From IMG/VR virus record IMGVR_UViG_3300037308_000544, positions 1-38,178 of that record: a stretch of 38,178 nucleotides of DNA, one strand, 5' to 3'. The notes beneath the pieces are model-generated. The model saw nothing but the letters and a program-made list of their open reading frames with translations, ran no database searches and had not been told where the DNA came from. Positions 15,646-24,710 of this stretch are shown here, in pieces. The stretch's first letter is position 1. Every line of letters begins with the position of its first letter. Source of the DNA: a virus (Duplodnaviria; Caudoviricetes). Position numbers and translations under genes: made by a program.

Positions 15646-16921
15646 AGATTATGGACAATATTCAAACTACAGAAACTTTCCATTAGATTTAGATGGATTG
15701 AAACCAGTAGAAAGAAGAGTTTTATTATCAGCTTATAAAATAGCTAGAGAAAAGTTTGTTAAGTCACGTCAAGTAGATGCTTATACAATTGGTCATTTTC
15801 ATCCTCATGGTGAATGCTATGGCACAATTGTTCAATTAGTTAGACAAGGGTTCTTGGAAGGTCAAGGCAATTTTGGAACGACAGTTGGGGTAGAACCAGT
15901 AGGCCCAGCTGCTCCTAGATATACAGAGTGCAGGATTCAGAAGCAAACTATTGAATTAGCATTTAAATATCTAAAATATGTTCCAATAATTCCAACCGAG
16001 TTAAATGATGAGGAACCCTTATACTTACCGACAATGTATCCCGTTTGTCTTTTGGGACAATCATATACTCAGGGTATTGGATTTGGTTTCAAGACTCTGA
16101 TTCCATGTTACAAGGTTGAAGATTTACATAAAAGATTGCTTTGGTTAATTGGTGAAAGGAAAACAAAACCAACTATAGCACCAATATCTGATTGTAAGAT
16201 TATTGCAACAGAAAAAGATTTAGAAGATTTATTGACTACAGGAAAAGCTAAGATAGCAGTTGAAGGAATATTTACAACAAGTCCAAGGACTAATAAATTA
16301 ACACTTATATCTTGGCCACCTGGAAAAAAATTCGAATCTTTATTAAATGCCTTTTCAAAAGAATTAGAAGCAGGTTTAATTGGAATTATTGATTTATCCA
16401 GCAAAAATAAAACCGAAATAGTCTTTGAAGTTTTAAGAGAAAGAAATAGAGATAAGATTTTTCAAGACTTTATAAAGAAAATGAAACGAGTAGTTCAAGG
16501 CGCAGTTTCTTTTGAGATTCAGGTTGTAGACGTAAATCAAAAAGTCATGATTAAATCTGTTGATAGTATGTTAATGGATACATATAAAATGTTTAAAGAT
16601 ATTAATGAAAAAGTATTGAAAGACGAAATTCAAAAAATTCAAGAAGTAATTGATGAATATTCTCTTCTTGAAAAAGCTAGAAAACCATTAACTATTTGTA
16701 TTCAATCCGGATGGACTGTAGAAGAGACAGTAAAAGTAGTTTCAGATGCTGTAAATTGTGATGAAAAATTTATTGCAGAATTGATTGATAAATATAGAAT
16801 TAAAAAATTGTTAACTTTAGACACAGATACAGAAGGATTAGAAAAAGAAAAACAGTCTAAAAATCATTTACTAAGCTCTTTAGTAAACTATGTATTAAAT
16901 CAATATAGAGAGATGAAATAG
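15617..16921 (+). CDS. gyrA: type IIA DNA topoisomerase subunit A (GyrA/ParC-like, no C-terminal pinwheel)
   Basis: DGLKPVERR, FHPHGE, GQGNFG, catalytic AAPRYTE and GIGFGF; only 434 aa. Confidence 0.92.
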   Translation: MDIQLPKLYKDYGQYSNYRNFPLDLDGLKPVERRVLLSAYKIAREKFVKSRQVDAYTIGHFHPHGECYGTIVQLVRQGFLEGQGNFGTTVGVEPVGPAAPRYTECRIQKQTIELAFKYLKYVPIIPTELNDEEPLYLPTMYPVCLLGQSYTQGIGFGFKTLIPCYKVEDLHKRLLWLIGERKTKPTIAPISDCKIIATEKDLEDLLTTGKAKIAVEGIFTTSPRTNKLTLISWPPGKKFESLLNAFSKELEAGLIGIIDLSSKNKTEIVFEVLRERNRDKIFQDFIKKMKRVVQGAVSFEIQVVDVNQKVMIKSVDSMLMDTYKMFKDINEKVLKDEIQKIQEVIDEYSLLEKARKPLTICIQSGWTVEETVKVVSDAVNCDEKFIAELIDKYRIKKLLTLDTDTEGLEKEKQSKNHLLSSLVNYVLNQYREMK

Positions 16922-16933
16922 GAGGAAAAAATA

Positions 16934-17839
16934 ATGGAAGAAGATAAAATAAAATGCGAGATTTGTGGAGAGATTACACAACAGATAACATATGCTCATT
17001 TAAAAACGCATGGATTTACCATGAAAGATTATTTTGAAAAATTTCCGGATACAAAACTTCGTAGCAAAAATCTAGAAAAAAGAATGATAGAAAATCAGAT
17101 AAAATCCCAATATCAAAATGAACATAATCAATGTAGAAAATGTGGAAAAGATATCAAATGGAATCAAATGTTTTGTTCTACAGAATGTGCAAATTCAAGA
17201 AGAATAATTTTAAAAGTAGAAGATATCTGCTTGAAATGTAATAAAGTTTTTTATAAACCTGCTACAAGCAGTCAAAAATTTTGCTGCGAAGAATGCTATC
17301 GAGAATATAAACATGATAATAAAAAAGAAAACTTATCTGAATATATTTTGAAAAAATATAATTATTCTTGTATTCTTTGCGGTTCAACAGAAAATATAAG
17401 AGTTCATCATATTGACGGTAATCGAGAAAACAATACTGAAGAAAATTTAGGGGTAGTTTGTGAAAGTTGTCATAGAAAAATACATAATGGTTTTATAGCT
17501 ACTGTATATAAAACTTTTACTATTGAAGCAGCACATCACCTTCCTGATCACCCAACTTGTGGTTTTCTTCATGGACATTCAGCAACTATAACAGTAGGTG
17601 TTAAAGGATCAATTAATTTAAAAACAGGAATGGTTATAGATTTTAAAATTCTAAAAAAAATTATTGAAGAAGTAATTGTTAGTAAATTTGATCACGCATA
17701 TTTGAATGAATATTTACCAATTCCAACAGCAGAAATTTTAGCATACTATATATTTTTAAAACTGAAAGAAGCGGGTCTTAATGTTGAAGTTGTAAGATAT
17801 TATGAAACAAAAGATAATTATGCTGAAGTAAAATTATAG
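16934..17839 (+). CDS. queD: Zn-finger/HNH endonuclease fused to 6-carboxytetrahydropterin synthase QueD
   Basis: N-terminal CxxC clusters and HNH CILC..RVHHIDGNRENNTEENLGVVCESCHRKIH; C-terminal EAAHHL..CGFLHGH, GMVIDF, FDHAYLN, PTAE and ET. Confidence 0.88.
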   Translation: MEEDKIKCEICGEITQQITYAHLKTHGFTMKDYFEKFPDTKLRSKNLEKRMIENQIKSQYQNEHNQCRKCGKDIKWNQMFCSTECANSRRIILKVEDICLKCNKVFYKPATSSQKFCCEECYREYKHDNKKENLSEYILKKYNYSCILCGSTENIRVHHIDGNRENNTEENLGVVCESCHRKIHNGFIATVYKTFTIEAAHHLPDHPTCGFLHGHSATITVGVKGSINLKTGMVIDFKILKKIIEEVIVSKFDHAYLNEYLPIPTAEILAYYIFLKLKEAGLNVEVVRYYETKDNYAEVKL

Positions 17840-17852
17840 AAGGTAAATAGAA

Positions 17853-19265
17853 ATGGTAGATATTATAAAAAGAGCTGGCTTAGCAATTTCAACTAGTTAC
17901 AGAAATGAAAGGTTTTACGAGTCCATAAAAGAGTTTCTTACAAGACGAACAAAAACCTATAATTCGTCTGTTTATACATATAATATATTTTATCTTGAAT
18001 CGGAAAAGTACCTTACAATTCCAAGGAATTTTCCGATTCAAGATTATGTTTCAAATCCTAATTTAATTGATAAAAGGCATGAGGGTGAAGAGATTTCAAT
18101 TCAACATAACATAACTTTTAGAAGTGAAGCTCAGAAAAAAGCAGCAGAAATCTTGATGAATAATGAAATAGGAATCCTTCAGCTTGCACCAGGTGTTGGA
18201 AAAACAGTTATTTCTATTTATATGATTGCTGAAAGAAAACGAAAAAGTTTGATTTTAGTTCATAGAGATAGTTTAGCTGACCAGTGGAGAGATAGATTTC
18301 TTCAATTTACAAATATTAATAATGATAATATTTCAAGATTAACATCTTCTAGTTTCAAAAAAGATTTATCAAAACCAATCATAATAGTAACCGATCAAAC
18401 ATTACTTTCATTATTAAAGAGAAATAGAGAAGAATTTTTGCTAGCATTAAATGAGGCAAATATTGGAATTTTTATAGCGGATGAAGTTCATACCTCAGTA
18501 GGAGCTCCAACTTTTTCAGAGTGTTCAATTCATATACCATCAAAATATTCTTATGGATTAAGTGCAACTCCATATAGACTTGATGGAAATGGTGATGTAA
18601 TAGAGTTTCATTTAGGTAATATAACATCTGATGACGATTTAGAAGGAACTATGCCTGCAAGGGTAACAGTTCTTCTTTTAAATTATGAAATTGATACTCC
18701 TAAACGATATACATATGTTCATTGGGGTGGAGAATTTCAACGAGCAAGGTATTTGAATCTAATTAGAAAATCCCAACCATTTTTGGAAGTAGTAAAACCA
18801 TTATTAGCAAAAATGATTAAAGATAATAGACAAATAATATGCATGATTGAAAGAATTAATTTAATAGAAGATCTTTATAAATGGACACCAACTCTTAATA
18901 AATCAATGTTTTGTGGTGTTGCGAAATTAGATACTTTGCAAAAGCAAGTAACATTTGCTACCCCAGGAAAATGTAGAGATGGAATTGATGCTCCTCATAA
19001 AGATTGTGTAATAGTTACATCACCAATAGCAAATATTGAACAATTAACAGGTAGAGTTGTAAGGTCAATGAAAGATAAGAAAACTCCTATCATAATTGAT
19101 ATGGTAGATTGCGGTTCAACTAGAATAGGGCAAACATTAAGTTCAAGGGTTACCTTTTACGAAAGAAAAAAGTGGCCAGTTCAATATGTTATTTTAACCA
19201 ATGGTCAAAAGAGACTAATTGATAAAGAAACCGCTTACCGAATAATTCATGGAGGTGTTGAATGA
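17853..19265 (+). CDS. superfamily 2 DExH helicase (UvsW/XPB-like)
   Basis: APGVGKT, IADEVH, GLSATP, DGID and QLTGRVVR. Confidence 0.9.
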   Translation: MVDIIKRAGLAISTSYRNERFYESIKEFLTRRTKTYNSSVYTYNIFYLESEKYLTIPRNFPIQDYVSNPNLIDKRHEGEEISIQHNITFRSEAQKKAAEILMNNEIGILQLAPGVGKTVISIYMIAERKRKSLILVHRDSLADQWRDRFLQFTNINNDNISRLTSSSFKKDLSKPIIIVTDQTLLSLLKRNREEFLLALNEANIGIFIADEVHTSVGAPTFSECSIHIPSKYSYGLSATPYRLDGNGDVIEFHLGNITSDDDLEGTMPARVTVLLLNYEIDTPKRYTYVHWGGEFQRARYLNLIRKSQPFLEVVKPLLAKMIKDNRQIICMIERINLIEDLYKWTPTLNKSMFCGVAKLDTLQKQVTFATPGKCRDGIDAPHKDCVIVTSPIANIEQLTGRVVRSMKDKKTPIIIDMVDCGSTRIGQTLSSRVTFYERKKWPVQYVILTNGQKRLIDKETAYRIIHGGVE

Positions 19266-20290
19266 AATTTCTAATAACAGCTGATATTCATTTGTCCAGA
19301 TATGGACAGGATAAAGTAGAAGATACAACTAATCTCCCAGAAAGATTACATAGTATTAAGAATGTATTATATGATATGGGGGAATATTGTTTTCAAAATA
19401 AAATAACTGATATGGTAATAGCTGGGGATTTGCTTCATGGAAAGTCAATCATTTATGCTATTGCTCAAGACGTTATGATTGATTTCTTTTCAGAGTTTAA
19501 AAATTTGAATTTCTTTGTATTAGATGGAAATCATGATCTATCTGGAAAAAGCGAAAATGCCATCTCTGCTTTGAAGTCTATTAGACATATTCCCAACGTT
19601 ACATGGATTTCAAAACACCCAGTATATCATATAGACGAACCAATTGTTTTTATTCCATATTCTGCAAATATTAGAGAGAATGTAAAAGATAGTTCAGCAA
19701 AAATCTTGATTTCTCATTTTGGTTTGAATGAAGGAATGTTAAATTCAGGAATAAGTATTGTTTCAGACATAAAATTAAAAGATTTGGTTGGTAAATATGA
19801 ACTAGTTTTACTTGGTCATTATCATAAACCCCAAGAAATATCGAACGATAATATAAGATTATTCTATACAGGATCTCCAATTCAATTAGATTGGGGCGAA
19901 AAGAACGATGAAAAGAGATTTTTAGTTGTTGATACAAAAACTCTTGAAGTTAAAAGTGTAAAGACAACTGGATATAAAAAACACATCGAATTAGAATTGA
20001 CCAATAAAAATAAATCCCAAGTTTTAAAGCTTGCTCAAGAAGAGATTGATAATGGAAATTATGTAAAAATAGTAAAGAAGGAAGTTGTTGATATTAAAGA
20101 TTTAGATAAATTCAATGTAGTTGATAAATCAGATAGAGATATAACAAATAGAGGAATAACCAGTTCAATGGCTAAAGAGGAAAAATTGAAAAGATTTTTA
20201 GAAATAAAGGAAATTTCTCCTGAAGAAATTGATGACTATTTAAAATATGGTATTGAAATATTAAATGGATGTGAAGGGGATACAATATGA
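19262..20290 (+). CDS. sbcD: SbcD/Mre11-like metallophosphoesterase nuclease
   Basis: TADIH, AGDLLH, GNHD, SH, LGHYH and YTGSP; coupled to an SbcC-like gene. Confidence 0.9.
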   Translation: MKFLITADIHLSRYGQDKVEDTTNLPERLHSIKNVLYDMGEYCFQNKITDMVIAGDLLHGKSIIYAIAQDVMIDFFSEFKNLNFFVLDGNHDLSGKSENAISALKSIRHIPNVTWISKHPVYHIDEPIVFIPYSANIRENVKDSSAKILISHFGLNEGMLNSGISIVSDIKLKDLVGKYELVLLGHYHKPQEISNDNIRLFYTGSPIQLDWGEKNDEKRFLVVDTKTLEVKSVKTTGYKKHIELELTNKNKSQVLKLAQEEIDNGNYVKIVKKEVVDIKDLDKFNVVDKSDRDITNRGITSSMAKEEKLKRFLEIKEISPEEIDDYLKYGIEILNGCEGDTI

Positions 20291-22509
20291 GGCAAGTAAA
20301 TTTTGAAGAAGTAGGAATGAAGAATTATGGCCCATATGTTGATGATATGATCTTAAAATTTAAAAGCGGGGCATTAACATTTATAACTGGGCCAAATGGT
20401 GTTGGAAAAACTATGGCGTTAGATGCAATTCCTTTTTCCCTTTATGGAGTAACTTCAAAAGGAAGTAAAGGGGATGATGTTGTAAATAACGTTATAGGAA
20501 AAGACTGCCATACATGGTTGACCTTTTCTATTGATAATGATAAATATAAAATAGATAGATTTCATAAGCATTCTAAAAAGAATAATACTGTAATTCTTCA
20601 AAAGAATGGAGTTGAAATTAAGAAAGGACAAAAAGAAGTATTACCAGAAATTGAAAGAATTGTTTGCCCTCAAAGAACATTTATGAACACGGTTATGTTT
20701 GGGCAAAAAGTTAAAGATTTCTTTACAGATTTAACTGATTCAGATAAAAAAGAAATCTTTAGAAAGATTTTAGATCTAGATATTTATCAAGCATATTATA
20801 AGAAAGCTGATGATATTCTAAAGGAAATCAAACCAGTAATAATTGAGAACCAATCAAAATTACAAATAAATAATTCTCTTATAAGCGATGCTCATACTCA
20901 ATTATTCGATTTAGATGGGAAAAAGCAGCAATTTGAAAAAGAAAAAGAATCGTTTATAAATTCTTTGAAAGAAGAACTTTCTACTGCCGAACAGATATTA
21001 ATACAACTTAGAGATTCTCTTATAGAATATAAATTAGAAGATTCAGATGTAGAAAACACAGTTATGAAAATAGCTGATTCCGAGAATCGTCTTAAATCTA
21101 TTAATAAAGATATAGAGGCAATAAGACAAGAACTAAAAAATCAGCAGATGGTTAAAGAGGCAGAATTAACCAAAACAGCAAACGACCTTCAAACAGAAGT
21201 TCTTAAAAAATATCAAAGAGAAAAAGACGAAGCTTCTACACAATTTCAAAATCATACAAACAATATTCATAAAGAAATTGATGAATTAAATGAAAGTGCT
21301 ATTTTCTTTTCTTCACAAGAAACAAGATTACAAACAACTATTTCTATGGCACAGAAAGAGATTAGTAATCTCAATGATTCCTTAACATTAGAAACAGCTA
21401 TATGTCCTACTTGTTTACAAATTATTGATGATAAAGCAAAGAATATTCTTAAAGAAAAGATAGAAAAATTAAATGTAGAAGTCGCTGAAGCAGTAAATTT
21501 AGTAAGAGAAAATTCATTAAAGCAAAATGAATTAAAAGAAAAACGAAAACAATTAGATCAACAAATTGAAAATGAGTTGACGAGTTTACAGAAAAGAAAA
21601 GATGAAATTGAAAGAGATAAAGAACTAGGTATTGATGATGCTAAAGAAAGATTAAAAAATGCTTTAATAAGATTGTCTGGTCTAGTATTACAAAAAATAA
21701 CTGAAGAATCTGAAAAATATTCCGATGAAATAGAAAAGATTGAAAAAGAAATAAGTAGATTAAAAGATCTAAGAATCGAACAGAATAGAGTAAGATCTAT
21801 GATTCAACAGATTGAAATGAAAGTTAATAATGAGCAAACTCATATAACTTATTTAGAAAAAAGACTTGCTGATAAAAAGAAAGAAACTTTTGATATGTCT
21901 CAAATTAAAAATTGCGAACAAAAGATTGTAACCTATAACGCAATAATAAGGGAATGTCAAAACAAGTTGCAAACATTGGAAAGAAAAAGTGAAATTATAG
22001 AGTTTTGGAAATCTGCTTTTTCTCAAACTGGCATTCCATCAATGCTTATTGATGAATCTATACCATTTATGAATCAACGAGTAACTTTCTATCTAGATCA
22101 TCTAACAAATAATAGATATATAGTTTCGTTTGATACATTATCAGCTACTAAAAGTGGAGAAATAAGAGATAAAATATCTGTTAATGTTTTAGATACATAT
22201 ACAAAAGCTAATTCAAGAATTCAACTTTCAGGTGGCCAGACAAGACTAATAGATATTTCAATAATTCTGACCTTAGGTGACTTACAATCTAAAATGCAAG
22301 ATATTTCATTTAATATCTTGCTATTCGATGAAATATTTGATAGTTTGGATGAAGAAAATATTGGATTTGTATCTAAGGTATTAACAATGATAAAAGAAGG
22401 CTTTAAAGATCCAGACACAGATTTAGAAAGTCCACCAAGATCAATTTATTTGATTTCTCATAAACACGAGGATCAACTTGAGGCAGATGAGACTTTAAAT
22501 ATGACATGA
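20287..22509 (+). CDS. sbcC: SbcC/Rad50-like SMC ATPase
   Basis: Walker A GPNGVGKT, long coiled coil with zinc hook CPTC, signature LSGGQ, Walker B LLFDE, D-loop SLD and ISH. Confidence 0.92.
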   Translation: MRQVNFEEVGMKNYGPYVDDMILKFKSGALTFITGPNGVGKTMALDAIPFSLYGVTSKGSKGDDVVNNVIGKDCHTWLTFSIDNDKYKIDRFHKHSKKNNTVILQKNGVEIKKGQKEVLPEIERIVCPQRTFMNTVMFGQKVKDFFTDLTDSDKKEIFRKILDLDIYQAYYKKADDILKEIKPVIIENQSKLQINNSLISDAHTQLFDLDGKKQQFEKEKESFINSLKEELSTAEQILIQLRDSLIEYKLEDSDVENTVMKIADSENRLKSINKDIEAIRQELKNQQMVKEAELTKTANDLQTEVLKKYQREKDEASTQFQNHTNNIHKEIDELNESAIFFSSQETRLQTTISMAQKEISNLNDSLTLETAICPTCLQIIDDKAKNILKEKIEKLNVEVAEAVNLVRENSLKQNELKEKRKQLDQQIENELTSLQKRKDEIERDKELGIDDAKERLKNALIRLSGLVLQKITEESEKYSDEIEKIEKEISRLKDLRIEQNRVRSMIQQIEMKVNNEQTHITYLEKRLADKKKETFDMSQIKNCEQKIVTYNAIIRECQNKLQTLERKSEIIEFWKSAFSQTGIPSMLIDESIPFMNQRVTFYLDHLTNNRYIVSFDTLSATKSGEIRDKISVNVLDTYTKANSRIQLSGGQTRLIDISIILTLGDLQSKMQDISFNILLFDEIFDSLDEENIGFVSKVLTMIKEGFKDPDTDLESPPRSIYLISHKHEDQLEADETLNMT

Positions 22510-22515
22510 GGTATT

Positions 22516-22914
22516 ATGCTAATAAGTAGCGATTTTATTACAAATAGTTCATCTAGTTCATATATTCTTAAAATACCAAACGAAACTATTTGTGCACAAT
22601 TACAAGATTACATTTATCATCTCCCAAGAACTATTTATAGAGACGTAAAATCATTTATAACATTTTCAAATAAACAAAAATTGGTTGAATTTACTCAACA
22701 AAAAGAATGTGATTGGGTATCAAAAGTTATGGGACCCAGTAAATTTATTTCATTAAGTAGAGAGGAGTTTATTCAACTTAGACGTGCTATTGAGGAAAAA
22801 AAATCATTTGAAATAATTGGTTATATGGAATTAGCTTGGGGAAAAAGAGCTGACAGTATAAAATCTTATTGTAGTAGAAATTCTATAAAAATGATTTACT
22901 TAGAAGATTCCTAA
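22516..22914 (+). CDS. hypothetical protein with N-terminal DFITNSSSSSY motif
   Basis: GAGG upstream; distinctive FxTNSSS N-terminal motif. Confidence 0.7.
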   Translation: MLISSDFITNSSSSSYILKIPNETICAQLQDYIYHLPRTIYRDVKSFITFSNKQKLVEFTQQKECDWVSKVMGPSKFISLSREEFIQLRRAIEEKKSFEIIGYMELAWGKRADSIKSYCSRNSIKMIYLEDS

Positions 22915-22923
22915 GGAGATAAC

Positions 22924-23952
22924 ATGATTAGAATAGCAAACTGGTTGTTGACTAGGAAGTGCAATCTTCGTTGTGACTACTGTGCAATAGTAAAAGATTA
23001 TGAAAATAAACCAGAAAAGTATCCAAACATGAAACATTATATAGAAAAAGAAATGTCAACTGAAACAGTTATTAATGGGTTGACAAAACTTAAATTACAC
23101 AATCCAGATATGTTTCATATTTTCTATGGAGGGGAACCTCTGTTAAGAAAAGATCTTTCAGAGATAATAAAATTTGCAAATAAAAACGATATTCATTATA
23201 CAATTATTTCAAATAATACACCTGAGATTAGACCATTAATTGAAAAACTATTTGAAAAGGTTGGAAAAATTAATGGTTTTACTGCATCCATTGATCCGAT
23301 ATTTTCTCAGGAACAAAATGACCATAGAACACTAAAAAGTGTTAGTGGTTTTAAAGGTTTAGTAAAACTAAAAAAGTTTGTAAATGATGTTGTTGGCGAA
23401 ATAACAATTACAAACGATACTGTATCAAATATATATGAGTTAGTTAAAATGTTATCCGAAAAAGGAATCAATAGCGATATAACTTTTGTTGATATTGCAA
23501 AAACTGAGTATTATGATTTCTCAAATGTTAGAGATGAAAAAGAATTGGTTAATATTTCTTCTAAACTCGGAAATGAGCTTCAAAAGTTATGGTATGATCC
23601 TAAATTGGATATTCATATGAAAGACGTATTAATTCCAGAAATATGGACAATGTTACCATCAAATTATGATTGTGAAATAGAAAAAATATTACATAATATT
23701 TCTATTGATGCTGATGGAACTGTCAGACTTTGTTTAAGAATAAGAGGAGTTTATACTCCAGAAGAAATAACAATAGATAATTTAATAAGAAATAATGGTG
23801 CAATAAATGTAGAAGCTATTGCCACAATAAGAAGAGATAAAAAAGAGTTTTGTAAACTATGTAATCACACTTGCCAAATTATGAGTAAATTTATTGAAAA
23901 ACAACAATCAAATATGGAGGAGCTTGTTCATTTAGAAAAAAGGAGGGTATAA
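22924..23952 (+). CDS. radical SAM protein with C-terminal Cys cluster (SPASM/twitch-like)
   Basis: CNLRCDYC, YGGEPLL; C-terminal C..., IDADGTVRLC and CKLCNHTC. Confidence 0.88.
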   Translation: MIRIANWLLTRKCNLRCDYCAIVKDYENKPEKYPNMKHYIEKEMSTETVINGLTKLKLHNPDMFHIFYGGEPLLRKDLSEIIKFANKNDIHYTIISNNTPEIRPLIEKLFEKVGKINGFTASIDPIFSQEQNDHRTLKSVSGFKGLVKLKKFVNDVVGEITITNDTVSNIYELVKMLSEKGINSDITFVDIAKTEYYDFSNVRDEKELVNISSKLGNELQKLWYDPKLDIHMKDVLIPEIWTMLPSNYDCEIEKILHNISIDADGTVRLCLRIRGVYTPEEITIDNLIRNNGAINVEAIATIRRDKKEFCKLCNHTCQIMSKFIEKQQSNMEELVHLEKRRV

Positions 23953-23955
23953 GAT

Positions 23956-24318
23956 ATGGCGGATGAAAAAGATCCTAAAGATGAAATTCAAGGGGAAGTA
24001 TTAATAAATGCATTAATGTTTTGGAAAAAGGTATATGATTCAAAAGAAGCTACAATAAAATTTGTAAAGAAAAACGGTGAAGTTAGAATAATGAGATGCA
24101 CATTAGACTTCAAGAAAATTCCTAAAAAGGATGTTCCAAAAGAAGTAAATGTTCCTAGAATGTTACAATTAGTAAAAGAAAAACAAATAATTCACGTATA
24201 TGATTTGGATAAACAAGGTTGGAGATCTGTGCCGTTTGCTGAAGTCGAATGGTTAGAAAATAAACAAGGCCGTTTTTACACTAAAAAAGCACTTGAATTA
24301 TTGAGGAAAAAGAAATGA
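23956..24318 (+). CDS. WYL_2/Sm-like SH3 beta-barrel protein (DUF2693-like)
   Basis: IKFVKKNGEVRIMRCTL ... VYDLDKQGWRS pattern. Confidence 0.72.
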   Translation: MADEKDPKDEIQGEVLINALMFWKKVYDSKEATIKFVKKNGEVRIMRCTLDFKKIPKKDVPKEVNVPRMLQLVKEKQIIHVYDLDKQGWRSVPFAEVEWLENKQGRFYTKKALELLRKKK

Positions 24319-24710
24319 CAATTCTTGAAGAACTACTAAGCGAAATAAGAACTGTAAACGTAGTTGAGAAATTAAAAATTATATGTGATACAATCCAAAA
24401 AGAAGAAAATGAAAAATTTAAATATCCAAAAGAATTAACTCCGAAAGGGCCAAATAATTTTCTAGTTGTTGAAGTTCCTGGAAGAAATTTAAAGGAGCTT
24501 GCATATTTGGTATTAGAAAGGGACATGCCTGTGGCTAATCAATCATATAACGCAGTATTATATACGTATATGTTACCAAAAATAGATCTTACTAAACCAG
24601 ATACATTTCCTGCTCCAAAAAGGCAACATACGTGGGTAATAAATGAAAGCGAACCACAGAAGGTTTTAAAACAATTTGCAAGAATAATTAAATTTCTACA
24701 AGGAGAATAA
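24315..24710 (+). CDS. hypothetical protein (131 aa)
   Basis: ATGA overlap with the previous gene; abuts the next. Confidence 0.7.
   Translation: MTILEELLSEIRTVNVVEKLKIICDTIQKEENEKFKYPKELTPKGPNNFLVVEVPGRNLKELAYLVLERDMPVANQSYNAVLYTYMLPKIDLTKPDTFPAPKRQHTWVINESEPQKVLKQFARIIKFLQGE

Noticed and set aside
22924-23952. Radical SAM as QueE
   Set aside because: Longer than typical QueE, lacks the recognisable QueE N-terminal F.SIQGEG/F.R..GC pattern, and has a C-terminal Cys cluster.
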